64,000 bases of DNA from Trichoplax adhaerens (GCF_000150275.1 NW_002060956.1:186001-250000), one strand, 5' to 3'. Shown: positions 25,601 through 41,740, numbered from the stretch's first letter. The notes: generated by a model from the sequence alone, not told the origin. Numbers and translations: made by a program.

Positions 25601-28600
25601 TAACTTAAAATAAAGCCAATTATTTCCAGACGATATCTATATTTGCCATCAAATAAGTGTAAGGGTGAATTAGAAGTAGCCAACAAATAAAATAATGTAA
25701 ATAAGAGAGTTTATTCTTATGATACGTAGTTGAAGTATTATTATTTTTGTCATTTTCCACAGCTGATCAATTATGAAATGGTCATAATGGTAAACTAGAA
25801 TAAAGAGTCCGAGCAGGGAAATAGAAATATTGTTATTTCTACTATATCAACTGTGATAAACATAAAATGGATACGTAGCAGTTGCGCCGCATTTTTTATA
25901 CAATTGAAAAAAACTCTTATCGAGTATCCTCTATCCATTTGATTATATTCCGAGTTTGCCGCAATTGTACTCAATATCAATTAAAAAATTGAATTACTTC
26001 CTGGGAATTTACTTTATTTTACCAGAGGCATTGTAGTAAGTAAAAAGGGAACGATGCAAGAAATTAAATTGCTCAAAATAAGAACATTGATCTGTGCATA
26101 ATATATATATATATACATATTTGTCATGCTAACGGCTTTCAAAAATAATTCTCTAAGAATCATGTTACATCCAATCGGAGTAGGAATGCAGAGAGTAAAA
26201 AGTTGTTGAGCACGGCACATTAAAAAAATTATTATACTTGAGAATCAGGTTACATCCTGTTTGAGTTGGAATACAAGAGATAGAAATGTATTGGATAATA
26301 TATATTCAAATAACTTTTGTTATTAAATCTGAAAAATTATTCACATATCTTTCCTTATACGTAAGATAAAATTAATTAATAATAAACAAAAATAATTTGT
26401 TTTTCGTAGACATAATGCAGCAATTTGTCAATTAAACAGGAATTTCTAATTTTATCAATATTACATTCCTTCCTCATTCCTCTTTTATTTTTTATTAAGA
26501 ATAACAATTGATATTTCGGCATTGCTTATGTAATTAATTTAGTTGAATTAAGTAGAGTTTGCTATCCACATTTACTAGTTTTACTGATCAGACAGTAAAA
26601 TCTATATCTCTTATGGGTATTGACGGCCATTAAAATGATTACAGCTGCGAAAAAAATCAGGCAATTTCATATTTACTAGATATGTGATCTATGTATGTAA
26701 GACTTTATTTTATCGGAATGAAATTATAAATTATATTTGTTATTCGAGACAACGCATTGAATAAACTAATTTTAATAATTGCTAAGTCGACTATTTTAAT
26801 CAAACTACCTTTCAACTAACTACCAATGTTATCCCATCTTTGTAGTAAATGCTGATGTTTTAATCATTTATATATATATTTATTGCTGCCTTAGGTATTT
26901 TGCAATAACTTAACCCATACTGTTAACATTGAACGATTACAATACTTTTCGATCAGATTTTAAAATGCAGACCAGACGAAACAATTATGTATCTGCATAA
27001 CTTTACAGTTGTCAATCTGACTCGCTAATTTTATATCTGGTTAGCAATACTTCAGAATCTCATCTTTCAGACAGACTTATTTCAAAACTTGCTATGCTAG
27101 GAGGATTGCCCTAAAATAAAATAAAATACAAGCATACAATTGCCTGCATGCAAACTCCGGGGATTTAGCACCTTTTTTCCGAAATAGACTGTTAACATGT
27201 TTTCAAGTATATAAATATTAGTTCTATAATATCATTGGCAGAAGCAATAAATCACATTTAAATAGGCATACCTTTTAGTGATGTAAATTTAAGAAACTGT
27301 TTATATAAAATGTTAACTAATACATAATGCTTTCCTAAGGTAATATAAATGATGAATAATATTAATCATAAACAAGCCTAATGGAATTCAACTTTGATAT
27401 TGATCACTAGTGAAAATGTTGAAATAGAAATACTTAGGCATATGCTACTGTCCTGATCCAAAATAATCACATAAAATTTAGTTAAGCATCGTATTGATAA
27501 AACCGTGAGTGTAGTTGTAAGTAATTTATTTTATAACATATATAGATTTCTGTAGAATTTTCTCTTAGTGATTCAGCTACTGAAAATGATTAGTCTACTC
27601 TTTTCAAGAATTAGGTTTTATATCTTGAGTTTTTGCTTAAAGACTGCATTTTTAGTAATTCAATTCATAGGCATAGATGGCTTTCTCATTCAAATGAATC
27701 ATGTTAAGGCGGTGCATCATGACAAATATTCCATCAATTATTTAGCATAAAATGTGATCGTCTAGTAATTGTAAAAATTATTATATCAATGAATTATTTT
27801 AGTTATACTGGACGTTTTCCCGACATCTAGACTTTTTATGGCCAATCTGTTCTAGCTGATTATCTAATATATAATCAATTCATCATATAATGCAACCATT
27901 GCCTTTGTTTGAAAACGAAATAATCATCAATTCCGCTAAGACAGTTTGGTCGCCCATTACTACATGTACTCAAAAAATTTATCGGAATTTGAAACCTGAC
28001 CGTCATAATCAAGAACCTACAATACGCTTGACAAGATTGATTATCGCATAATAATATCATCGATATTTCTATACAGTATATTCTACCTGATAATTAAAAT
28101 CAGTTTTCTATCGTGATGCAACATTTACAAATTGTATATAATTCCTTAAAATATACGGTAAATAATTTCGAGTAATAAATAAAACTTGCAATACTGAAAA
28201 AATAGTCCTATAATGAAACAACTGAATAAATTATAATTTAAGGAAACAGAATCTGATCAATCTCATGAAAAATCAAAAGTATCAAATATCAATCTCTATT
28301 TATCACGAATAGTCCAACGCCCTGGTAAATACAACGGAACATGTATAAAATAATTTGTTATAGTTCTTAATATCAAGCGTAAGGTATTACGAACCAAATT
28401 TTAAATCATAGCATTATCATATAATGACAAGATTTTTATTATTTAGCATATTGTTATCAAAACTTCGATATCGAAAGTTTCTGAAAAATAGTTTTGTCAT
28501 GTCAAATATACAATCAATAGCCGTTGTTATATGGTGAGAATGAGATTAATAAACCTAAATTTTGCAAAATTTTTTCTCTAGTTTAATTTTTATGGATTTT

Positions 28601-31600
28601 CCCAGTCGCAATGAAACAGAAATAATTAGATGGTAAATGCCAGCAAATAAATTTTCATTGTTTTAGTGAGTTACTTTTCTATCGTGAAATACAGATCTAT
28701 AACTAATTAGACCTTGCATCTTCTATTAAATCACATGTAATACGAATAACACGTATAGAGAAATTTGACAAATCGAGTTATTAATAGATCTACATCTTGA
28801 AGAGCAGGGCATGAATAGCTGGTAGCCTCTGATTTTATCCCAACTTTATGATCAATTAGAAATACTGTTCATCTTAAGAAGCAATTTAGAATCGTGCATT
28901 TAAATTTTAATTTTAATTTAATGCTATAAAATAAGTACCCGTAATATACATATTAATTCAAAGTATAGATTCAGATGGAACCTCATAGCATTTGAAAATT
29001 ATGAAAAATGTTGATCGAATGTAAATATTAATCCTAATTAAATGATTATTTTACCAAATTGAACTACAGATCAGTGGATCATTTTTATATTTAAACTATA
29101 GGTCAGCCACAACGCGTAATGTTGATTTAAAATTTGGAAAATGTTTAGACATATGTAAGTGCTGTGGTATGTGCAAAGCATATTTTCAATAAATATGTTC
29201 AAAAATTCCTTACTCCTTGTACGGAGCAGTTAGAATACTTGTAATTTCAGCGATCCAATGTAATACAATCATACAAGATGATATGATTAGTGTTACTACG
29301 GCTGTGTAACAACTAATAGAATCCCAGAAATAGATTTATTTATTTGAGATTCTTTTAGACTCTGTGAATTATGGATGAAATATTTGAAAATAGTAGCGGC
29401 TAAACCGCAAGTTGCACTTGTTTGTTAATATTGTCATTCATTCGTACGGTATTTCTCATGTAGATTCTTGCGTTGTAGAACATTCTTAAATTTCGATTTT
29501 TATCCTTTACTACGATAGAATAAATCAAATTAATTAAATAATAATAATGTAGATTTATTTAGTCATGTATTTTACAGAATATGCTACAGTCGGAGGAAAA
29601 TAGCAAGAGTATTAAGCGACTGAAGTTATTGTAGAGTTCAATGAAGGTTAGTACTTATTTACTTTGTCATTTAACCCTAACAGTAATCTTTTTTGTTAAT
29701 ATAAACAGAGCATTTTTAATTCCTTCAATGAGAATGTCCTCCTAGTAATATTACATATTATTCAGATTAATTGATTTTAGTATTGTTAATAAAACGGAAA
29801 TTATGGAATAACTTTGAAAAGATTTTGCTATTTATCTGCAAAAATTAATTTACTTACTTTATGTGCATATAGAAATATCCGGCAATAGAAATTTGATTGA
29901 AATATTCTTTCCCAGAATTGTGATGCTTGTATTGTATGAGTGTAATATTATTCTTATAAATCTGATGAAAAGAAGCGGAATACAATATCATTTTGGTCTA
30001 ATGCTTTCTAAATCGAATGCCAATTAATTACTGGCTATGAGTTAATCATTTCAATGGAAAACTTTTAACTGATAGAGTTGGTTGAAGGTGTTTTTAATTT
30101 ATCAAGTTATCCTTGACTAACATGTCTTCATATTGGATATCTTTCTTGTCGAGTATATATTTTTCGATTCATTTTATCCACTATCGTGAGCTATAACTAC
30201 ATTATCTATACAACGTTAGTCAAGATCGGAAAATAATAAATTATTTATGAAATAAGGAGTGACAGATATATATTTATAATATGTTCAACAGATTTAAATT
30301 AAATAATTGCTTGTGCTGATGGGCACATATCGGTGCTACATCACTTCGACATGGCTTGCATCATGATTAGTTTATAAAAGCATTTTGGAGGCAAAAGAAT
30401 AGCAATGACAATTCAATAATCAATTAGCTGGCATTAACTCTCATTGACGTCTGAATGACAAATATTCAACATGTAATCTGAGTCACGCCATTTATAAGCA
30501 TATATTACAAAATAGAAATATTGGACAATTCTATTTTGTAAATCTTTATTATAAGCTAGTTGTTTATTGAAGAACAATACAGCGCAGGAAAATATTAATT
30601 TATAGTCGTTTAATTTATTGTCTTGAGGTAGAAAATTGGGTTAGAAGTAAAATATGGACTTTGTCACATTAGAATATCTAGTTGCAGGAAGCTTACTACA
30701 ACAGTATCTTCTTCTTCCTTTCTACCTTAGGTAGAAATAGAAATGAAAGAGTAATAGCGCTATCGATTCTAATTATTTTTTATTTGGTTTCTAAATCAAA
30801 GAAACTGTAGGTTACCATGTGAGCAATCGAATTTAGAAATGATAAATTTATCGATACTACACATGATTAGCGTTTTCATATGGTTACCCTGTTGGCTAGA
30901 TGGATGAAGGCAAATTGGAAAATGTAAAACCAGCCATTGGCTATGAAAATTTTCTTAAGAATAAGAATAAGAATGCAGCGTTATTAATTACTGTAAAATA
31001 TGTTCTTTTTCCAAGGACTTTATCATCATTTCAATCAAACAGCTTGTCTAATTTAGACAATAAACTACGGTATATAATCAAAGTTCAAGGCGAGATTTTT
31101 GTCATGGATTCCGTTGGCTCGAATTCAAAAATGATTAAAATCATTTTATTTCCAAACTCCTTTGTTACTTCCGCATAGTATTATACAATTGAACTGACCA
31201 TAGAATAAAATAAGAATGGTTATATTCAAGGCTTTAACAAAATCGTCTATTATTACATTTCGTTTCTAAATAAGACTAAAGTAATTATACACGGCAGATT
31301 ACTAATTCTAGCCTTGCCCCCCAAAAAAGGAAATAAAAAAATTATGTATACCCTTTCTCGACTTTTCTCTATTGATTTCTTTACGCATACAGTAGTAAGA
31401 TCGATTTTCTTTTTCCATTGAGTTGGAAAGACTCTACTACACTCCCAGTGGATTGTAGTCAATTACAAAATTGACGATATAGGATGATATAAACCACTAG
31501 AATAGTTCCCCATCGATGGCCAAATCATGATTATTTATTTAGCTTAACGAATTGTACTCTACTCTACTGTACTCTATATGTAAAGAGTTGTAGTCTTGAA

Positions 31601-34600
31601 AATCAATCTACAATACGGCAGTGAAACATTATTCAAAGGTGATGGGACAATTTTAGCCATAATACATTATTAATAACTTACAGTAGTCATTCTATTGGAG
31701 ATTTCAGTTCAATTCTTCACTAAATGGATTGATATTAACGGCAGTATTAAAGTTTTAATTAGTTATTATTATAGCTTACAGTATGCTACCTTATTTCTAT
31801 TGTTTGTCATCATATTATTCTATCCTAGTATAAATTGTGATGTATAAATAACATCGCTACCTATAGGAATTTATATACCGCATTCCAAAATTGTATTCTA
31901 ATTATGTAGTTCATGGACTTGTTTACATTCTGCAGGTAGAAACATCTTGATAGACAAAAGTGTATTCTAGAAACATTCTAGTTAACAAAAGCATGTTGTT
32001 AAAAGTGAACTCGTGAGGAACGTATATATTCTGCTGGTCTGTGATTACTGTCATTAGAACCAACTGGTTGTTTACATATTCAGCTACAAATTATTGTAAT
32101 CCACAGTGTACAAATCAATTCAAAATTACATCATTGGACAACTAGTACTTATAGGCGAGAAATAGTTTCGAGAGAGAAAAGAAAAGATTGATAGATTTCA
32201 AGAAGAAGGAAGATCAAACCGAGTAAGTAAGAGATTTACGTTGATATTCATGAAACCGATTGAATTTGAAGGCGATTTTGGATTGCCGTTTTACATGGTT
32301 GATTTTCTTTCAGTCGGTACTGAACTATTTCTGTCTACAAGTGATATGTGCAACTATGGATCTCTCCAATTATTTCTTACTTGATCCCGCAATTTTTTTT
32401 TCATCTACCTACTCTCATCTAACGGCAAACATTGTCTATCTACCGTAGAAATTCAAGTTGGTTTGCAACAGTAATATCAATTCGTTAATGTGATATTAGT
32501 CGCGGTGAAACCGTTTGACTTACTTCACAATGACGAAAACACTACAATCAATTAGTCTAGTAATCTGGTAAGCGCCTGGGCGTCATTTTTTTTCGTGCAC
32601 TCCGTCGTTGTTTAGCAGAGAATCAACTTATCTTTTTTTTCTCTTTCCCCCCCCCCCCTTCCCGTCTTGCTTGTAACGAGCAGACAGTCAGTCTGCGCGA
32701 AAAGGTTTATATAACAGCAGTAGCTAATCAATTTTATTGCCCTTATGGCATGATGAAGAGATTGTAAATTGAATTATTGTAATTTTCACCAGATAAAACA
32801 GCATAATATCGGTTAGTACGGTCCTATTTCTCCATTGCTTAATGATTACCGTAGAATACATGTCAAAATGATATTCATGTTGACGAAGTTTTTTGCAGGA
32901 CGAGTGATTGAAATGATAATTGTATTTATTTTTTTTCTCCTTTGCACGTCATGCTAATATCATTTTGACTTTTGAATTATATCAAAATAATAATTTGAAG
33001 AATCGTTCCGATGACATTAAGTACACATGGACAATTATAGCAGTAAACTACATTTGGCTTTGATTTCTATCTTGACATTTTTACAGTACTACAGGCCTAA
33101 ATAAACATCGTTGATTAATTTGAAAATAGGTAGTAGTTATTTTTTTTATTTATGGTCTCTATTCGTGTCCAACATGGATGTAAAATAGAGCAATTTTTTT
33201 TTTTCTTAACCAATTTTGTATCGTCGCTGCTGTTTATCGAAAATAAATACCCCCTACCTATGGATCGACAGTTTAAAATTTATTTTCAAGCTTGAATCGG
33301 GCATTTTGTTGTAGCCAGCCAGTACTTTTCTTGATGAAGTGGACAATAGAAGTGGAATTGATCATTTTTCTACGATTATTCTTTGATTGATAAAACGATA
33401 ATAATACAGTGAAAATAGTATATGCAACAACATTGGTACCCTTTATAAACGGAACAAATCTACCATCGAGTATAATGACAGTCCACTTGTATATTATTTT
33501 CCGAGTAATGAGTATAAAAAAAGATAAACTATCGTATTGTCTCCTCCCTGAAGAATGATTAGACGACCGAGGATTAAGGTAACGCGTATTTTAACCCTTA
33601 TTTTTATCCTTTTTACCGGTATCCTATTTTAATGGCTTCTCCATCACTATGAAAATAATGATAGGAAAAAAAATTACAATTTATCCTTTGCTACATGGCT
33701 TGACCCATAATGGAACAAATCGTTGCTTTCCTTAACTTGCCTTCCCGTTGATTGTTGTTGTTGTTCATTCTATCGTTCCAGTAAGATCACGTCACCGTAT
33801 TGATCTTAACTGCAAATGGATAATATAAAAGCGATGACGTTATTTTTTTGTTCCTCGTTGGTTTTTGCTGATATTAACTTAAATGGACAAACTGGCTGTA
33901 ATTGCAAAATCAATGACTCATGTTTGAGAAGAAAGGTGATGAGATCATAGTTTTTTCCAAGCAAAATGAGCGACGTGAGCATATCTATTGTTAGATGAGA
34001 AGGATGGTAGCAGGAGTAACTGGAATTTTAAAAGGGTTTACACGTATGGCGGACAGCTTGTCCGCTTCGTATTCTTATCCACCGATATTCCATTGGATTA
34101 CTAAATAGATCAAATCACGAGTGGCAAGCTATTATCCTCAATAAGCAGTAGTACTGTAATTGTTATTGCTATCGCACTAGAACTGATCAATCGTACAGTA
34201 TTGTGCAATCTCCTCTCCCCCAAAATTGTTTATATAGTATGATTTTGTCCTAGGGAATCAATACTTTTAATCTCATGAGCATCGTGTATAGAATGAGAAT
34301 GGAAGTAATAGGCTAATTTGATCCAAGCTAAAGAATAACTGATTAGAATAACACTTACAGCTTGAGTGAAATTGGAAACGCTTCGATTGAGAAGGCGTTT
34401 TGATTACTATTCTCAAGTCGGAATAGTAAATTGTTTCAAAAAAAATTTTCCACACTCACTCAAATGTATGCCAAAGTAGAAAATTAAACTTCCTTTAAAG
34501 AGGGCTTTAGTTTATTATTTTTAAATTTCTATTCAATTTATCTACTGCCATCCAATGTTGATGTAACTATACAGTATACATTCTAACTCTAATACATAAA

Positions 34601-37600
34601 AAGCTGATAGAATACTTAAAAAAAAATTGTCATCGTTTTTCCTTGCTATTGGAGTGTTTTTCACTGTAATGGAATAGAATCGACTGGTTGAAGTTGAGAT
34701 CTCGGTAAAAATATAAATACTCCACAAGATTATTTTCCGTTTACCCCCGCTTTTCAAGGGAAAATATAATGCCTAACTAGATTACTTTTTATTTACCGTG
34801 ATAGTATTATTAGGGCAGACGGGAATAGAGATTTAAATGATTGAAATATCACAAGGTAGAACAGTTTTGCCTTATCAGCGTGATTTCTCTTTTTGGGACT
34901 CAATATCTACGGGTTGCTTTTTCTCACCGATGTCGTGAAATTCAATTACTGATCGCATAAAAGTTTAAATTTAAGCAGACGCCAATCCAGCTGAGGTACT
35001 CTGTAACCATAATTTAATTATATACCTAATACGACAGTATCGACGATAATTAATTACTATTTTCACGTCTCGTCTTTTTGATGATTGTACGTATTTATCC
35101 TAGCGTTCTACACATCATCGATTACGGATTACTTCGTCACGACCAAGAATAACGTTCTCGTTTGATATTCTACCGTAAAATTAAATTGTAAATTTTCAGT
35201 TAAACTACTAGGACGCACTTCTTGGTTGTATCAAATACAATTGATACTGCTTATCCTGTTTCATCTTTTTTTCATTTTATTTTGGCCCACGGCCTAATTT
35301 AATTTACTTTACTACCGCTTTAGCTTTTCCTATTTATTACTACCGATCGACATCAATGCAAGATAGACTTGGGTTAACTACCGTGTAGCGTTGAGTAAAA
35401 AATAAAGCGGCAGCGGCGAAAAGAGAGTTTACATACAATCGGCTTCGGCCAGTGCATTTCTTTTTCGGTTACTACAGTACTTTATCGGTAGAATTCAATG
35501 ACTGCATCAGTCCATCATCGGCCTTGATTACTTTTGACTCAACTGAAAGTTGATCGATGGCCATGCAATAATTACTTAGCATTAAAATAGTATCGCATGA
35601 TTGACCTATCGCATAATCAGATGCCCACTAGGATTATAGTTATGACAAGCTTTTGTTTGCCATTGAATACAGCGTATTTACTTTAATAAATTCCTAAGTA
35701 TACAATCGTTAAACTATTATTTAGACTATTACTGTAACTAGCATACCATCTATCAGCAGGTTTGATGTCAAATCAGTCGTAATTAACAGTAATGTGTCAT
35801 GGTTGAAATTTGGCAAAATTTCAGCTGCATAACTGTATAAGTACGTAATATTTATAGCATCATCTCAAGCTAGGAATAATATAGTTTCCAACGACATAAT
35901 TATTTTTTTTCGATTTCAAATAAGATTATGTCGCACGTAAAATTATTTGTTCTCTCAATGATTGCATCAACCATATGGTGATTTATATAATATACAATTC
36001 ATCACCTATCAAACCTTCAATTCTTTGATATATAATTTAATACCAATAAACAATATTAAAACAACGGCTAATGTAATTATCTTTTAATATCTATGCATAC
36101 GATTTCATTAGCATTTTAATAATGATTAAACTATTTACGGAATGTTTTATTTTTTTTGATCCAATTTCCTTACTACGAGCATTGGCTGGTTATTTCTTTC
36201 GATTAACTTATTTCATCTTGTCGTTGTTTTCTTCCTACTTCCTTTTAACTTTGCCTATCTGATTACTACAAGGTGATTAATCGATCGTTTTTAAGAAGGC
36301 CTCCTTGCAAATTTATCCTTAGACGCTGTAACGTGGATGGCCCAAGTGTTGATCGCCTTCAAAAGTTACTGTTAAACTTGTGTAAGTCCGTGTTTAAAAT
36401 GTTACTATAAACTACAATGTAATCATTGCGTGGCAACGTTTAGCCTTGAAATAGCGTTACATCATGATATACCAGTGCAAGAAGTGATCATGTTGTCCTA
36501 AATTTAGCCAGATAAGGAAGAAATTGGTAATTTAATCGCTTAATACATGATTATTAATTAAGGTTGATAAGAATACAAGGAAAATACTGTCTAGCGTCTA
36601 ATGTACAGCATGATTGAGAACTGTTCTATCGTAGTTAATGATTTCATTGGAAGGTCAGATCAGATCGTGATATTTCAGTAATAATTATATAATTGATGTA
36701 TCCAAGAGCAGAGGCAATATCTCTGTCGATGTTACAACTAGGGTGAAAAAAAAATAGCTAGTTGATGGCCAACCCTTAATGAATTCCTATTTCTCATCTC
36801 TTCCTATGTCTATTTCCAGGAAAGGCTATTTAAAACATCTGTACTTTATTGACTATTAAGACAAAGATCGCCATGTAAGCATCCCATTAGTAATCCATTC
36901 ACAAGGACACTGTGGTTCATGAATAATTCCAAGTAGATATTTAGTCTTGTTTCCGTGATTGTATAAATTTTACTCTATCTGTCCCACTGCATAACAACAA
37001 CATAATCTATTCGCCATCTTTCTCTATCACAGTAAACTAGCAATCAAACGACTTGTCAGCATTTTGAAATGCTTCGCTGCCGTATTGTTTATTGTCCACC
37101 ATTATTGTACTCATTGCATCAGGGAGTAACATAATTTCACGGGTGTATCGTAATGTAAGCAAGAGTTCAGTAGGAATGATTAATTATTACAACAATGACA
37201 AAATTTATTTATAGACATTTAGAAAGCATCAAACTTTTATAGGCTGCTGGAACGTCTATACGCGTAGAATCCACTCAAGATGTCGTATCATGGCATAACG
37301 CTTGAGCGACTAGTTGGAAGAGTTCTTGCTTTTAGATCTTTGAACGTGCTGCTCTACAGTATTATCAAGGCTAGATTATAGAATGATTGTTGAACAGCTT
37401 GTTTTTGACTGTATTTCACGTTGAGAATTAAACTAAACTCTCGTTCATGCCTACGAGTATACTATATACGTTATTCTTCATCATTGTAATAGCAATTACA
37501 TTTGCCAAATATAGTACAGCCTCTTAATAATAACTATAACTTTATTATTAAGCTATCTTCAATTTCTTTCTATGACGCAACGAAATGTACAAGGGGAGAT

Positions 37601-40600
37601 AATTTTGCTATTGAGATCAAGTCCTAACCTCACTTGTTTCCGAGATTAACTCCTTTGATCATGAATTAATGAATTCAAATAGGTATTTGGTTAGAAGGGA
37701 TTAAGGGCCAGTTGGGTTGATTCGTAAATTAATTAATTTTCACCTATTCTACTATAATAATTTTGATATTATAGTGTCTATTTACTTATGATGATAAGAA
37801 TCTTTTATTAATTATTTATACTATCTTTAGTAACCTGAAATTTAATGTTTATTTCCTATGTTGAATCAGTGCCCTTAATGTAGATGTGCGCGGCTAGTAC
37901 CAATAGTAGTAAATAGTCATTAAAATTACAATGCGCGGTGATGATGAACAGTCAAATTCATTACAATCTTGCCGATATCTAGTAACCGCTAACATGAAAG
38001 GAATCTCGTATTATACCTTCGTTTTAAAAATGGCGATAGGAACATGATGACATTGCAGCAGTGTTCATGAACTTGATGTATCCATTTGTTGTACTACGAG
38101 TATAAAGAAGTAGCGCACCTATTTAATGCTTTTTATCTCTACGTTTCGCCTACTCTACGCGTATATTAGAAACTCAATGCGATAGTGGCACAGCTGCCAT
38201 AACAAGGTATTGATTGATTGGTAGAACTATCTCTAGTTATATTCTTTCTCGGTTTTACTCTACAGTACAGTACTACTATTTGGCATTTAGCCAGAGATAA
38301 ATTACCTTATAGTTGTAGCTAATAAGCATGCATCTCCCTATTGATGAACATAGTGTGGCGTAGTACCTTTATGCGTACAGTTGTAAAACTGTAAAATTCC
38401 TCTTGAATGAAATTTCTTACTGAATAGATGCTCTGCAATTTTTCCTCTCTTGACCACCGTTGTTGTTCCTTTGATCCGTAGTTTCTTATACCGTACTACA
38501 GCGATTTCACTACCTCATCCTTACCTACTTGCCGGATTACTGTCATAGCTTTCGATTTTTTTATAAGGGAATGTAGTCAATTGACTCGTAAAAAAATTTA
38601 ATTTACTGATTAATTCAATTAATCCGTTCATAATTACATATCTTCCAAGTTGTTGAAAGTCAGCGTAGCATTCGTATTTCGAAACTGAAACGAATACAGT
38701 CATAGCAACATGGAGCCTTTTATTTCATACGGTTAATACTGTAGACACGACAGATTGATCATACTGTCCAGGCAGTAATCCTACCACTCTTTGTACAACA
38801 TTTTGCTGTGCAGTATTCATTAATTATTGACCGCAATCAAAAGATTTAAGAATTCCAGTGCATCAACAATAACGGTAATCAATACTATACTACTACTAAT
38901 AATACTGTACGGCTGTGGAGCTTGGGTAAAGTAGTTTGCAATATTGTTTCATGATTTGATGAAATTAAAAAAAATACGAGTAAAAAGGCTCCACTCGTTG
39001 ATCTAATTAAAAACTGAAAGAATGCAATATCTCGGATATTTTAACAACAAACTCACAGGAAATGAACACGTGGATATAAAGTTTGACTAATACGAAAAAA
39101 TTTGTTTTACAAATTGAGGTTACAAATTCTTTCCTGATGGAAATATTTCGGATATTCCTGACTGATTGAATTGATTGATTCATGAATTAATAGCGAATAC
39201 TAGTTGTATCGTTGAATTGGGCTAAATTACCAGCGTATGCATCACTCTTGTACTGTACACTAGAAATAACTCCACTTTGGTGTGTCTCCTAGCTTATCGG
39301 AGATGGCGACACTGGCAGACTTTGCATAAAAGCCAATTGTGTTCATGTTCCAGATAAGTCACTAATCTTCATTAACCGTTACATTGCTGTTCTATTTGCA
39401 GGCATACGTATTGTACTTTCTTATTGCTGATGGAATGGAATGTCTTGGTTCGCGCCAGTATTTTATCGTTGGATAAAAGAATGCAATAATCTCTTGGAAA
39501 ATTGATATTTTTATACGCCCTTTTATTGTCTTTTAACTACCTACTGTATGTCCAGTTAATCTATCTAAATCTGGTATAGAGTACAAATTGAATCTTGCCT
39601 GCATTAAAAGCAAGTTACTACTAATCTTTATCCGTTATCTATCGTCTGGGATACAACATTTTGACGCCCCTAATCATCGACTACAGTTTTTGCACAGTAC
39701 CTTATTGGAATTATATTGGATTGTCCAACAATAGCCACTACACTACAGTGAAAGATCTTGCTATATAATCTGTGCAATCATTATAACACCAATAATCCAG
39801 AATTGAAAAGATCGCGACAAGTCGGAAGATTTTCATAATAAATTTTATCCAACAAATCGAAGGGATAATTACCATTGTTTATCGACGTTGTCCACTTTTC
39901 CAGCTGCTTAACGAATAAACTAAGCCAAGACAGTTGAAGCTTCTGCAATAATCATCGATTGTAAGGTACGAGCTAGAAGGTAAAGGAATATAGGCTGTCA
40001 TAATGATGCATTGACATTACTCGTATACTTTCCATTGTTGAATCATCTCGGTGCTAGTTGTAATGACCATTTACAATAGTGCTTATTTATTTACAACAAC
40101 TGAACTGACGATTTACAGTATTTCACTCCAAATTGCATGCTATATTGGCTGTATAATTTTAAATTTGAATCGATATTTTAAAGTTACCCCTGTTTCACAT
40201 TGTAAATGGATTTTTTTGTACCAACGATATGGTCAAGAGAGCTTATTCGAGTTTTTAGTGATGTAATACTCAGAATTGAAAATGGTAAGATCAATCGGAG
40301 ATCAATATGAAGTGCAGCAAGATGATGAAAATTTGAAAACAATTTTTTGGATCATCTTTTATAGCGATTGCTGGAAACAAATTGTTATCGCTACAAGACC
40401 TCTATTTGAAGGTCCGACCTATACCAAGAATTCAGTTTGCAAATAGATCGCGACTACATTAGCACCAAATTTCTCTACTGTTTTCAATCATGATTGATTC
40501 TTGTTTACACTAAATAATTTCTACTTCTCCTTTGTATGCTATGACCATTCGACTTTGAAATATTTCACATCATGTCATCATATATTACAGTACAGTATTG

Positions 40601-41299
40601 AGGCACTACTTGGTCTACTCTCAGAACCGTAAATGGACGATGAAAGTCCTATAAAGCAGAAGGAAACGGCCATTTTTAAACTAGCGTAGTTCGAAATTCG
40701 TTAGTACGCAAAACATGGATGCTCTCTATGAGATTGTGATTGTATAAGCTAGATTAGTTTATTACAGTACTCTTATTTCTTGCAAGTACAATAAATAATA
40801 TAATTAATCAACGATACTGAAAGTCTGAAACTATTTTCATCACTTTACATCATTGTAACTACGTTGGTGACAAAGTACGGAAGAGGCCAAGGTAGTTATT
40901 TAGTGACTTGCACCTAAATGACATACGATTGCTATGCAATAACCGTTGAATAGTGAATCATTATAATGAGAGTTGAATACAGTAATATTCATGAAAATTT
41001 CACGAGACAATCACCTGCTTCACCTAGTAAACGGAGAAAAGTCAACAATGTTGTCTTTCCAGCCACGTAACACTGTCGTTTATTGTTTTATCATACGATC
41101 TATGCTCCTTGTGTATGACGATGAAACCTTTCACGGTAGTACCCCCTTGCATCACTAAGATTATGGACTCGTCTCCTCGCTCTCCCCATGATGCAATCTA
41201 AACACACATTCGGTATTACTATCTGGTTCTATCAACAGGTTCGTTACGGCCATTCGTTGAGTCGCATAGACTATCAACTCTGACTACTGCAACCTCTTC

Positions 41300-41740
41300 A
41301 GTTTCATTTTTCCTACTGTAGTCATTTTACGACAGTGAAGAAATGCAATAATGATCATAGCAGTATGTTACTTGGTACTGTATATATCTGTCAACAAGTT
41401 GGTCGTAGCCGCATGGACATGATCAAGTCTGACTCGTATACAATCTGTTGCAACATATCGATTTTTCACTTTTTCTCACTGTAGTCATTTTACGGCAGTG
41501 AAGAAATGCAATCGTGATTACTGGTTATATTTGCCAACAAGTCGGTTGCAGCCGTGCGTTTACTCATTTTTCCCACTGTAGTCGTTTCACGGCAATGAAT
41601 AAATCCAGCAATCATAATAATAATAATAATTACTGATTTGCTGTCTAGTGTTCTGCTGTCGACATGTCTGTCTAGCCGTGTACCCCTATCCATTTTCGCT
41701 TTTCCCAGTCTAGTCGTTTTACAACAGTGAAGAAAATGAA
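41300..41740. repeat. Degenerate repeat, 4 copies of a ~45-bp core
   Basis: Core resembling TTTTTCCCACTGTAGTCATTTTACGGCAGTGAAGAAATGCAAT at ~41307, ~41470, ~41567 and ~41700. Confidence 0.85.

Noticed and set aside
34049-35450. Small hairpins (GCGGACA-GCT-TGTCCGC at ~34049; GGC-TTCG-GCC at ~35441) as ncRNA or miRNA
   Set aside because: Stems are too short, with no extended fold or RNA-family motif.
38711-38993. MITE with TGGAGCCTTTT terminal inverted repeats
   Set aside because: Only 11 bp match perfectly, which is near chance at this search scale, and there is no target-site duplication.
41300-41740. CRISPR-like repeat-spacer array
   Set aside because: Eukaryotic context, degenerate repeats, spacers unequal in length and partly homologous to each other, and no cas genes.
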